Below are positions 1 to 8,518 of a stretch of 64,000 nt of DNA, in pieces. Position 1 is the first letter of the stretch, and each line of letters begins with the position of its first letter. Made by a program: the position numbers and the translations under genes. The stretch lies in the NCBI GenBank assembly GCA_050951805.1, contig JBMNJT010000008.1, positions 384,001 to 448,000 on the forward strand, given 5' to 3'. The notes under the pieces were generated by a model that was not told where the DNA came from, searched no databases, and saw only the letters and a program-made list of their open reading frames with translations. This DNA is from Bacillota bacterium (GTDB taxonomy: Bacteria > Bacillota > DTU025).

Positions 1-1
1 T

Positions 2-682
2 CGAGACATATCATTCCAGGTGCGCGCCGGAGAAATCTTGGGTATTTCAGGATTGATGGGCTCGGGCCGCACAGAACTGGCACAGGCAATATTCGGCGTA
101 GTCCCTCCTGAAGAGGGAAGCATTCGTCTCAATGGCAAGGAACTCAATGTTCGCTGTGCTGAAGATGGCATAGAGGTCGGGATATACCTCGTGCCGGAAG
201 ACAGAAAACGTCATGGTCTAGTGCAGACGATGTCTGTCAGGTCCAATACTGTTCTCTCGATTCTGAGCAGGCTGTCGGGGGCGTTTGGGGTAGTAGACAA
301 AAACAAGGAAGAACAGGTTGTAACGAAGGCAGTTCGAGACTTTAACGTGAAGACAGCTTCGATAGACCAGAACGTATCGAGCCTGAGCGGAGGCAATCAG
401 CAGAAGGTTGTATTTGCTAAGGCTGTGTGCAGCGGACCGAAGGTACTCATACTCGATGAACCCACGCGTGGTGTTGATGTGGGCGCAAAGGCTGAGATAT
501 ACAAGTTAGTTCAGGACTTCGCTTCTTCGGGAGGGGCCGTGGTGTTCATATCGTCGGAGATGCCTGAGATTCTTGGCATGTGCGACAGAATACTTGTGAT
601 GGCTGAGGGTCGAATAGTAGGTGAATTTGCGGGATCCAAAGCAACGCAAGAAGAGATTCTCAAATGCGCTCTCGCGAAGTGA
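2..682 (+). CDS. rbsA: Sugar (ribose-type) ABC transporter ATP-binding protein, C-terminal part; 5'-truncated by the window edge
   Basis: Second NBD: GLMGSGRTE, LSGGNQQKV signature, LILDEPTRGVDVGAK; the frame is open to the window edge. Confidence 0.85.
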   Translation, partial: RDISFQVRAGEILGISGLMGSGRTELAQAIFGVVPPEEGSIRLNGKELNVRCAEDGIEVGIYLVPEDRKRHGLVQTMSVRSNTVLSILSRLSGAFGVVDKNKEEQVVTKAVRDFNVKTASIDQNVSSLSGGNQQKVVFAKAVCSGPKVLILDEPTRGVDVGAKAEIYKLVQDFASSGGAVVFISSEMPEILGMCDRILVMAEGRIVGEFAGSKATQEEILKCALAK

Positions 683-702
683 CGACAGAATACGGGGTGT
701 AA

Positions 703-1659
703 ATGATGCGACGCGGAGTAATGCAGAAATACCGGATTCTATTCGTGTTTGTAGGGATATGCATCCTGCTTAGTGTGCTGACCCCTGTCTTCCTTTCAGT
801 GAACAACATAATAAACGTGATCAGGCAGGTATCAATAAACGGGATACTGGCGGCAGGGATGACAATGGTGATCATCTCAGGAGGCATTGACCTTTCTGTC
901 GGATCTGTGGCTGCCATTTGCGGGGCTATTGTTGCGGGAACGCAGCTTAAGCTGGGGCTTGCACCCGCAATGCTGCTTAGTGTTGCTACAGGCGCATTGC
1001 TCGGCCTGATTAACGGGCTTGTGATTACCAAAGGCAAGGTAGCGCCGTTCGTTGCCACACTGGGAATGACGACGGTCGCCAGAGGGCTTACCCTCATCTA
1101 TACCGGAGGACGTCCAATATACAACCTCACAGATGCCTTCAGAGTGCTAGGAGCAGGTTATGTTGGCCCGATACCAGTTCCCGTTATCATACTGGCACTC
1201 GTAATTGCAGTAGTGCATTTCGTGATGTCGTCTACGGTTTTCGGACGTGAAGTCTATGCGCTCGGGGGCAATGAGGAAGCGGCTCGATACTCAGGAATCA
1301 ACGTAGAACGCAGGCGTATGCTGGTCTATATCTCCATGGGCTTGCTGTCAGCGGTCACAGGAATAGTCCTTACATCCCGCTTGGGCTCTGCTGATCCCAC
1401 GGCCGGAGTCGGTTTTGAAACTGACGCCATCGCGGCTGTCGTTATAGGTGGAACAAGTATGTCGGGAGGAGAGGGCTCCGTTATCGGATCTCTCATTGGA
1501 GCCCTGATCATCGGCGTCATGAACAACGGATTGAACCTTTTGAATGTGTCGCCATACTATCAGCAGATATTCAAAGGCCTCATAGTAGTCCTTGCGGTTC
1601 TCATGGATTCGGCTTCGAGACGCAAACGTCAGGCGGCTGCTTTGAAGGTTGGCAGGTAG
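703..1659 (+). CDS. rbsC: Sugar ABC transporter permease (RbsC family)
   Basis: GGIDLSVGS, PFVATLG, GGNEEAARYSGI, AIAAVVIGGTS motifs; multiple TM helices. Confidence 0.88.
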   Translation: MMRRGVMQKYRILFVFVGICILLSVLTPVFLSVNNIINVIRQVSINGILAAGMTMVIISGGIDLSVGSVAAICGAIVAGTQLKLGLAPAMLLSVATGALLGLINGLVITKGKVAPFVATLGMTTVARGLTLIYTGGRPIYNLTDAFRVLGAGYVGPIPVPVIILALVIAVVHFVMSSTVFGREVYALGGNEEAARYSGINVERRRMLVYISMGLLSAVTGIVLTSRLGSADPTAGVGFETDAIAAVVIGGTSMSGGEGSVIGSLIGALIIGVMNNGLNLLNVSPYYQQIFKGLIVVLAVLMDSASRRKRQAAALKVGR

Positions 1660-1768
1660 TGTTGGAATGGGAGGGATGAAGAGCTCAGATTAAACCATAA
1701 TGTAGAGTCGATTCCACAGGCTGTTTTGTCTAGTCACTCACCAATCAAGTTTTGGAGGTGCCAACGAG

Positions 1769-2707
1769 ATGAGGTTTTCAACGAAGCGTACAACACAGGT
1801 CGTCATCGGCATTATCATGGTGGCGTTGTGCATGGTTATGAACGTAGGCGGCGCAGCGGTAGCAGCCGCGGCCAAACCTCGAACGGTTGCAGTAGCGTTC
1901 TGCACCCTGAACATACCGTTCTTCGTGGAAATGGAGAATGGTATTCGCGCGGCAGCGGCGAAGAACAACGTAAAGCTCATCGTCACTGATGCGCAGGATA
2001 GTGCGGCAAAGCAGCTTTCGCAGGTGGAGGACCTGCTTGTTCAGAAGCCGGATCTGCTCCTGATCACCCCTGTTGACTCAGATGTCCTGGTTCCTGCAGT
2101 TGAGGCTGCATACAAAGCCAAGGTGCCTGTGATCACAATCGACAGAAGCGTCAACTCGGACAAGGTAGTCTCGTTCATAGGCGTAGATGATGTTGAGGGA
2201 GGGCGCATGGCAGGCCGCTACGTAGTGGAGAAGCTCAAAGGCAAGGGCAACGTGGTAATGCTCGAGGGCGTCATGGGCAGCTCTGCCCAGCGCGACCGCG
2301 CGCAAGGCTTTGAGGAGGTCATTGGAAAGAACAAGGGGATCAAGATGCTCGCCAAGCAGACCGCCAACTTCAATAGGGGCGAGGCCATGACCGTGATGGA
2401 GAACTGGCTGCAGTCGTTCCGAACGATTGATGCAGTGTTTGCCCAGAACGATGAGATGGCTTTGGGCGCCATCGAGGCAATACGGGCCGCAGGTCGGCAG
2501 AATGAAATCATCGTCGTTGGATTCGACGCTGATCCCGGTGCCAAGCAGGCCGTCAAAGAAGGCAAGATGGCGGCCACTATTGAAGGCTCGCCATACAAAC
2601 TTGGCGTAATGGGCATTCAGGCCGCAGTGGATTGCCTTGCCGGCAAGAAGCTTCCAAAGCAAATATTGATTCCGCTTGACCTGATTACGAAGGATACGTT
2701 CAAATAG
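1769..2707 (+). CDS. rbsB: Sugar ABC transporter substrate-binding protein (RbsB family)
   Basis: RBS GGAGG; signal peptide; LNIPFF, IDR, AQNDEMALGAIEA, VGFD motifs. Confidence 0.85.
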   Translation: MRFSTKRTTQVVIGIIMVALCMVMNVGGAAVAAAAKPRTVAVAFCTLNIPFFVEMENGIRAAAAKNNVKLIVTDAQDSAAKQLSQVEDLLVQKPDLLLITPVDSDVLVPAVEAAYKAKVPVITIDRSVNSDKVVSFIGVDDVEGGRMAGRYVVEKLKGKGNVVMLEGVMGSSAQRDRAQGFEEVIGKNKGIKMLAKQTANFNRGEAMTVMENWLQSFRTIDAVFAQNDEMALGAIEAIRAAGRQNEIIVVGFDADPGAKQAVKEGKMAATIEGSPYKLGVMGIQAAVDCLAGKKLPKQILIPLDLITKDTFK

Positions 2708-2743
2708 CTGTAACTGCATGTTCATAGGAACCTAGATTCGTCA

Positions 2744-2797
2744 GCGCCCTGGGGCTGTGCATGATGTGATTAGCACAGCCCCAGGGCGCATTTCTTT
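2744..2797 (+). terminator. Intrinsic terminator after the ABC operon
   Basis: 17-bp stem GCGCCCTGGGGCTGTGC/GCACAGCCCCAGGGCGC followed by ATTTCTTT. Confidence 0.8.
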
Positions 2798-2942
2798 GTG
2801 GCAGAACAATTGACTCGCATTTCCCATAAAGCGTGAACTGCTCCGATATCGCCGAAGTTGAGATGCTTGTCGATTTCCGGCGGCATATATGACAATCATT
2901 GAAGGAGTTGATGCCGGAGAAGTCGAATACTCATGGGACGAA

Positions 2943-2958
2943 TATGCAACGTTGCATA
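2943..2958. promoter_or_regulatory. Perfect 16-bp palindrome, candidate operator
   Basis: TATGCAACGTTGCATA with a central CG (LacI-type geometry), about 170 bp upstream of the 3130 CDS. Confidence 0.4.
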
Positions 2959-3129
2959 AACTATCTGCGGCGTGATTTCTGGCGGCCATGTAGGTTCCTG
3001 ATTCGCCATGGTTTCGTATCCATGACCCCCTAGATGGGGGTGTGCTGATGACTTGGTGGGCAATATACTGAGGAAGCAGTCTTTCCCACGCAGGTGGGAT
3101 GCGCCTTGAAAGGACGGGATGTGTAAGAC

Positions 3130-4449
3130 ATGGAGAAAACAAAAGTGATCATCATGGGCGCTGCGGGACGCGATTTCCACAACTTCAATGTCTACTTCCG
3201 CGACAACGAGAGATATGAAGTTGTGGCTTTCACGGCCACGCAGATTCCGGACATTGCCGGCAGAATGTACCCTGCAGAGCTTGCAGGAAAGCTGTATCCC
3301 AATGGAATTCCCATCTACCCCGAGGACCAGCTCGAAGAGTTGATTGTAAAGCACGACATCGATCAGGCGATCTTCGCCTACAGCGATCTCTCGCATGTCG
3401 ACATTATGCACAAGGCTTCTGCTGTGATGGCGGCGGGAGCGGATTTCCGGCTGATGGGGCCGAACACTACCATGCTCAAGTCGAAAGTTCCGATTGTCGC
3501 CATTGTTGCGGTTCGCACCGGGGTCGGTAAGAGCCAGACGACACGTTACGTGAGCCAGGCGCTGATCGATGCAGGCCTTAAAGTGGTGGCGATCAGGCAC
3601 CCCATGCCCTATGGCGACCTTGCCAAACAGGCAGTCCAGCGTTTCGCCACTTATGAGGATCTCGACATCCATGAGTGCACCATTGAGGAGCGCGAGGAAT
3701 ACGAGCCGCATATCGACCGAGGCGTGATCGTGTATGCAGGCGTCGACTACGGCAGGATCTTGGAGGAAGCCGAAAAGGAGGCTGACGTCATCCTTTGGGA
3801 CGGTGGGAACAACGACTTCTCCTTCTACAAGCCTGACCTCACCATTACCTTGGTTGACCCACACCGGGCGGGGCACGAGGTTCTGTACCATCCTGGCGAG
3901 ACCAATGTCCGCCTTGCTGATGTGGTGATAATCAACAAGGTTGACACTGCCAAGCCGGAAGATGTCGAAACGGTCCGCAAGAACGTGCAGAGGATCAACC
4001 CGAGGGCTCAGATCATAGATGCGGCTTCGCCTGTAACAGTGGAAGATCCTGAGATGATCCGCGGTAAGCGTGTGTTGGTAGTAGAGGACGGTCCGACGCT
4101 CACCCATGGCGGAATGGGTTATGGCGCGGGAGTGGTAGCGGCACGCCAGTTCGGTGCCGGCGAGCTTGTTGACCCGAGGCCGTTTGCCGTAGGCAGCATC
4201 GTCGAGACTCTTGAGAGGTTCCATCATCTCGAGCCGTTGCTCCCTGCAATGGGATACAGCAAAAAGCAGATAGATGAGCTTGAGACCACCATCAACAGAT
4301 CTGATGCCGAAGTGGTGCTGATTGGCACTCCGATCGATCTCCGGAAGGTTCTCAAGATAGACAAGCCTGCCGTGAGAGTCAGGTACGAGCTCGAACAGGA
4401 GTCCGGCCCCGACCTCAGGGATATTGTATGTTCCAAGTTCGCTAAGTAG
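3130..4449 (+). CDS. COG2403 P-loop protein (cyclic 2,3-diphosphoglycerate synthetase-like; probable arginine synthetase ArcE type)
   Basis: GAAGRDFHNFN N-terminus, AVRTGVGKS P-loop, RHPMPYG, EEREEYE, WDGGNND, VVEDGPTLTHGGM motifs. Confidence 0.8.
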   Translation: MEKTKVIIMGAAGRDFHNFNVYFRDNERYEVVAFTATQIPDIAGRMYPAELAGKLYPNGIPIYPEDQLEELIVKHDIDQAIFAYSDLSHVDIMHKASAVMAAGADFRLMGPNTTMLKSKVPIVAIVAVRTGVGKSQTTRYVSQALIDAGLKVVAIRHPMPYGDLAKQAVQRFATYEDLDIHECTIEEREEYEPHIDRGVIVYAGVDYGRILEEAEKEADVILWDGGNNDFSFYKPDLTITLVDPHRAGHEVLYHPGETNVRLADVVIINKVDTAKPEDVETVRKNVQRINPRAQIIDAASPVTVEDPEMIRGKRVLVVEDGPTLTHGGMGYGAGVVAARQFGAGELVDPRPFAVGSIVETLERFHHLEPLLPAMGYSKKQIDELETTINRSDAEVVLIGTPIDLRKVLKIDKPAVRVRYELEQESGPDLRDIVCSKFAK

Positions 4450-4540
4450 TAGATGTTTGGGCGGGCCCCGGCCAAAATGGCATGCCGGGGCCGTACAAGC
4501 TATGGCAGATATGGAAGCAAGCCCACATGGTATCACATAG

Positions 4541-4569
4541 TTTACAGTGTAGCCTTAAAATGGTATAAT
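4541..4569 (+). promoter_or_regulatory. SigA-type promoter with extended -10
   Basis: TTTACA-17-TATAAT with a TG extension; RBS AGGAGG at 4591. Confidence 0.75.
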
Positions 4570-4604
4570 CCTGTCAGAATCAACACTGACAGGAGGGACG
4601 GTTT

Positions 4605-5843
4605 ATGCGTCGGAGCTCTTGCGCCACCAGGCATAGAGCTTTCCCATGTGTGCTGGCATTTACGATGGCGGTGTTCTTCTGCCCCCCATGGCAGGCGGCG
4701 GGCGTGTCTGCCGCCAATGATTCCCTTGTGCTCAAAGTCGCGCTCGACTCGGAATCCTTGCCGAAGCTGACTGCCACCTTGTCCCACAAAGCCGCTCGCT
4801 TCTCTTCGACAGTAAAATCATCCACAGAAGGAACGCATGAATTCAAATTGGAGGCCAAAATGGCTGAAGATATATCGCATCTCCGGCAGTCTGCAACTTT
4901 GAGCATCTCAGGCCTCCTTGCTGCGCAGGGGGATGCTTCCTGTTGGCGTCAGCTTTCCTCCACTACCGGCGTTGTTGTCGATAGGAAAGCGAGTCCGTGG
5001 CGGCCTGAGGGGAAGCTTTCCATAACCGTGAGAGAATATCCGCTCAATGCGGCCAGGGACTACAGCGAAGGCACAGTGAGGGTTAAGGCTGGGCGCACAT
5101 GGTCGCAACCGTATGCTGTTGCATTGAAAGCGGAAGCGACCGTGGGCCACAAAGAGATGCCGGGCAATCCTAAGTGGACTGCGAACTACTGGGAATCGTC
5201 TGCAATCGCGCAATCACCTCTGGGTTCGGAATGCAAAGGTTCAATCACAGTATCAGCCAAAGGCCGGGCATACCCCGAAGCCGAGCACAAATCATATACC
5301 CGCGCGTCATGCAAACTTGAGGGTATTTGGACCCCGTCTAAGGTACATTCGATCGGCTGCAGCCTCACAGCGGCGGCTACGGTCCGGGAGAAGGACAGAT
5401 CTTGTGATAAGACCGACACAGCGATTTCGGCTAGATGGTCGATTGAGCCTTCTCAACATTGGAGTGCAGACATCAAAGGGTCGCTTTCATCGTCGATTGA
5501 GCCCAATAGGGCCGATGCCGGCAGGCCGGTGCGGGCAAACGGAGGAGTTACCCTGACTTGCGTGCCAGCGGACATCTGGAGGCTGACTGCCGCAGGAGAT
5601 CTGTCATTAGGCCATACCTTAGGCGAAAACGAGGAGGGGGACGAGGAGATCGTCGGCATTCAGTCGGAGCAAAGCGGCAAGCTTAAGATGGGGCTTTCAT
5701 TTGCAGCAAAGTTGGGTCCCGTAAACGGAGTAACTTTGGACGGAAAACTCAACCTGAAGCGCGAGAGTGAGCACGCAAAAGATCGATGGGAACACAGCAC
5801 ATGGGCCCCTTCGGCGGAGATTCAGGCGTCTATGAAGTTCTAA
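4605..5843 (+). CDS. Exported hypothetical protein, predicted outer-membrane beta-barrel
   Basis: Strong promoter and RBS; signal peptide; alternating hydrophobic/polar strand pattern; C-terminus AEIQASMKF resembles a beta-signal. Confidence 0.6.
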   Translation: MRRSSCATRHRAFPCVLAFTMAVFFCPPWQAAGVSAANDSLVLKVALDSESLPKLTATLSHKAARFSSTVKSSTEGTHEFKLEAKMAEDISHLRQSATLSISGLLAAQGDASCWRQLSSTTGVVVDRKASPWRPEGKLSITVREYPLNAARDYSEGTVRVKAGRTWSQPYAVALKAEATVGHKEMPGNPKWTANYWESSAIAQSPLGSECKGSITVSAKGRAYPEAEHKSYTRASCKLEGIWTPSKVHSIGCSLTAAATVREKDRSCDKTDTAISARWSIEPSQHWSADIKGSLSSSIEPNRADAGRPVRANGGVTLTCVPADIWRLTAAGDLSLGHTLGENEEGDEEIVGIQSEQSGKLKMGLSFAAKLGPVNGVTLDGKLNLKRESEHAKDRWEHSTWAPSAEIQASMKF

Positions 5844-5848
5844 GGCTA

Positions 5849-5877
5849 TTGCCTCAGTGCTGGGTTAAGTGTAAGAT
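5849..5877 (+). promoter_or_regulatory. SigA-type promoter for the EF-G paralog
   Basis: TTGCCT-17-TAAGAT. Confidence 0.5.
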
Positions 5878-5949
5878 ACTATAGTGAGTATCTGTTGCAA
5901 ACAGGCAGTTAATTGCAGGGCTGCGATAAGGCTTAAGGGAGGAGATCGC

Positions 5950-8037
5950 TTGAAAAAATATAAAGTGGATCAACTGCGCAACCTTGCCGTTGTATCGCAT
6001 GGCGGCGCCGGCAAAACGACTCTTGCCGAGGCCATGCTATATTTGAGCGGCGGTGTTGATAGGTTCGGCAAGGTAGATGAAGGAACTTCCACGATGGACT
6101 ACGATCCCGACGAGGTCAAGCGGAAAATCTCCATTAATGCCTCGGTAGCTCCTGTCGAATGGAAGGATCACAAGATCAACTTCATAGACACTCCCGGCTA
6201 CTCCGATTTTGTGGGTGAGGTTGTGGGCGCGTTGCGCGTGGCCGATTCCGTCTTGGTGGCTGTAGATGCAGTCTCCGGAGTCGAAGTCGGTACGGAGCTG
6301 ATGTGGAGGCGCGTTGAGGAATACGACCTCCCGCGCATGATAGTGATCAGCCGTATGGATCGGGAGAACGCCAACTTTAACAAGGCCGTCGAATCTCTGA
6401 CGGAAATCTTTGGCAACAGGGTTGCTGTTGCGCAGATTCCCATAGGGGAAGGCGATAAGTTCCGCGGGGTTGTTGACCTCATCAAAATGAAGGCTTATGT
6501 GTGGGAGGATGCATCGGGAAAGAAGTTTGTTGAGACGGATATCCCCGCAGACCTAGCCGACATAGCAGAGGAACACCGCGAAAAGCTGGTCGAGTTTGCT
6601 GCTGAAAGTGATGAGGAGCTCCTCGACAAGTATCTGGAGGGCGAGGCTCTAACTGAGGACGACATCAAGGCAGGACTTGCCAAGGCCGTGCTTTCTCGTT
6701 CGGCTTATCCCGTGTTTTGCATATCCGGCATGAAACTGATTGGGATTCAGCCTCTGATGGATGCGATAATTTCGCTCTGTCCGTCGCCAGTGGCGGTTGG
6801 ACCGGTGAAGGGCATTGTGCCGAACTCAGAAGACACGATAGAGCGCAAGCCGGAGGAGACCGAGCCCTTCTCGGCATTGGTCTTCAAGACGATGGCGGAC
6901 CCGTTCGTCGGCAAGATCACCATGTTCCGTGTGTATTCAGGGGTTGTGAAGTCGGACTCGCAAGTTTACAACGCGAGCCGCGATAAAACGGAGCGGTTCG
7001 GGCAGATATTCCTTACCAAGGGCAAGCAGCAAGTGGCTGTCTCCGAAGTGGGCCCTGGCGACATTGCAGGCGTAGCGAAGCTGGCTGATACGACTACAGG
7101 GGATACGCTGGCCGACAAGGACAATCCGATCATACTTCCAAAAATTCAGTTCCCCAGTTCGGTTCTGTCGATGGCTGTGAAGCCCAAAAGCAAGGGCGAC
7201 GAGGACAAGATAAGCCAGGGCCTCGCGAGGCTTATGGAGGAAGATCCCACGCTCAAGTACGACAAGGATGCGGAATCTTCGGAGCTCGTCGTTTCGGGAA
7301 TGGGTGAAGTTCACCTCGACATCATGGCCGACAGGCTCAAGAGGAAGTTCGGCGTAGAGGTGACCCTCGAAGAACCGAAGATCCCGTACAGAGAGACGAT
7401 CAAGAACACCGTGAAGGTCGAAGGGAAGCATAAGAAGCAGACCGGCGGTCGTGGCCAGTATGGACATGTATGGATTGAGATGTCGCCCCTGCCGGCGGGA
7501 AGCGGGTTCGAGTTCGAAGACAAGGTGTTTGGAGGCGCGGTGCCGAGACAGTTCATTCCTGCGGTGGAGAAGGGCTTGAGAGAGGCTCTTCCCGAGGGAG
7601 GGGTGTTGGCCGGTTTCCCATTGATCGACATTAAGTGCTCGCTCTATGATGGTTCGAGCCATCCTGTCGACTCTTCTGAAATGGCATTCAAGATCGCTGC
7701 CCAGTTGGCGCTCAAGAAGGGATGTCAAGATGCGAACCCGATAATCCTCGAGCCTATACTGAAGGTAGAGGTAACGGTGCCTGAGGAATACATGGGCGAT
7801 GTCATGGGCGACTTCAACAAGAAGCGCGGACGGATCCTCGGTATGGAGCCCGAAGGCAGATACCAGGTGGTAAAGGCTCTCGTGCCAATGTCGGAGATGG
7901 CCAAATACTCTATCGACCTCAGGGCTATGACGGGCGGGCGCGCCACGTTTACTACGGAGTTCTCCCACTATGAGGAGGCTCCGGCGAACATCGCGGCCCG
8001 CGTTATTGAAGAGGCGAAAAAGGAGAAGGAAGCGTAG
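5950..8037 (+). CDS. fusA: Elongation factor G paralog (EF-G2-like, outside the str operon)
   Basis: TTG start after GGGAGGAG; SHGGAGKT, DTPG, GMGEVHL, KQTGGRGQYGHV, DSSEMAF motifs. Confidence 0.92.
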   Translation: MKKYKVDQLRNLAVVSHGGAGKTTLAEAMLYLSGGVDRFGKVDEGTSTMDYDPDEVKRKISINASVAPVEWKDHKINFIDTPGYSDFVGEVVGALRVADSVLVAVDAVSGVEVGTELMWRRVEEYDLPRMIVISRMDRENANFNKAVESLTEIFGNRVAVAQIPIGEGDKFRGVVDLIKMKAYVWEDASGKKFVETDIPADLADIAEEHREKLVEFAAESDEELLDKYLEGEALTEDDIKAGLAKAVLSRSAYPVFCISGMKLIGIQPLMDAIISLCPSPVAVGPVKGIVPNSEDTIERKPEETEPFSALVFKTMADPFVGKITMFRVYSGVVKSDSQVYNASRDKTERFGQIFLTKGKQQVAVSEVGPGDIAGVAKLADTTTGDTLADKDNPIILPKIQFPSSVLSMAVKPKSKGDEDKISQGLARLMEEDPTLKYDKDAESSELVVSGMGEVHLDIMADRLKRKFGVEVTLEEPKIPYRETIKNTVKVEGKHKKQTGGRGQYGHVWIEMSPLPAGSGFEFEDKVFGGAVPRQFIPAVEKGLREALPEGGVLAGFPLIDIKCSLYDGSSHPVDSSEMAFKIAAQLALKKGCQDANPIILEPILKVEVTVPEEYMGDVMGDFNKKRGRILGMEPEGRYQVVKALVPMSEMAKYSIDLRAMTGGRATFTTEFSHYEEAPANIAARVIEEAKKEKEA

Positions 8038-8066
8038 CAATCTGCCTGCGCGGCAGAGTGTGCGCA

Positions 8067-8075
8067 TGCTATACT
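8067..8075 (+). promoter_or_regulatory. Extended -10 promoter for the valS leader
   Basis: TGcTATACT just upstream of T-box stem I. Confidence 0.5.
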
Positions 8076-8092
8076 TGAAAATGATAATGGCA

Positions 8093-8451
8093 AACGCGAT
8101 GAAAGGGAGGAGTAGTGCGGTTAAGCTGCAAGAGAGGGATGCCCACCGGGTGGAAGGCGTCCTGGCCTCTGTCCGCGCGAAGGTCGCCCCGGAGCGGTTG
8201 GCGTGAACCAGGTTTGCTGCAGCCTGAGTGAGGCATGCAGGCAAAAGTAGCGTCAATCGGGACTGCCCGTTATAGCTTGAAAGATCGAAGTGAGTATCTG
8301 AGCCGGCTCGCCCATGACGGCAAAAGGGCTATACGGCCCTGGTCGGGCATTCTATCGGCTGCATGCCGGAGGGATGCTTGCTTTGAACAAAGGTGGTACC
8401 GCGAAGGAACGCCTCCTTCGCCCTTTGGTGGGCGGGGAGGCGTCTGTTTTT
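8093..8451 (+). promoter_or_regulatory. T-box riboswitch (Val; specifier GUC)
   Basis: GCGATGA..GAGTA stem I start, AGAGA box, specifier GTC at 8183-8185, T-box AAAGGTGGTACCGCG at 8389-8403, terminator 8409-8451. Confidence 0.92.
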
Positions 8452-8518
8452 CAAAATGTGTCGGACACATCCTGCGACGCCTGCAGGCATGTCCGCGGCT
8501 ACAGGAGGAAAGAAGCTC

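Noticed and set aside
2896-4536. 546-aa minus-strand ORF, and similar long antisense ORFs at 6937-8256, 9745-10851 and 30591-31787
   Set aside because: Antisense shadows of well-supported + strand genes, explained by codon bias; no recognisable motifs
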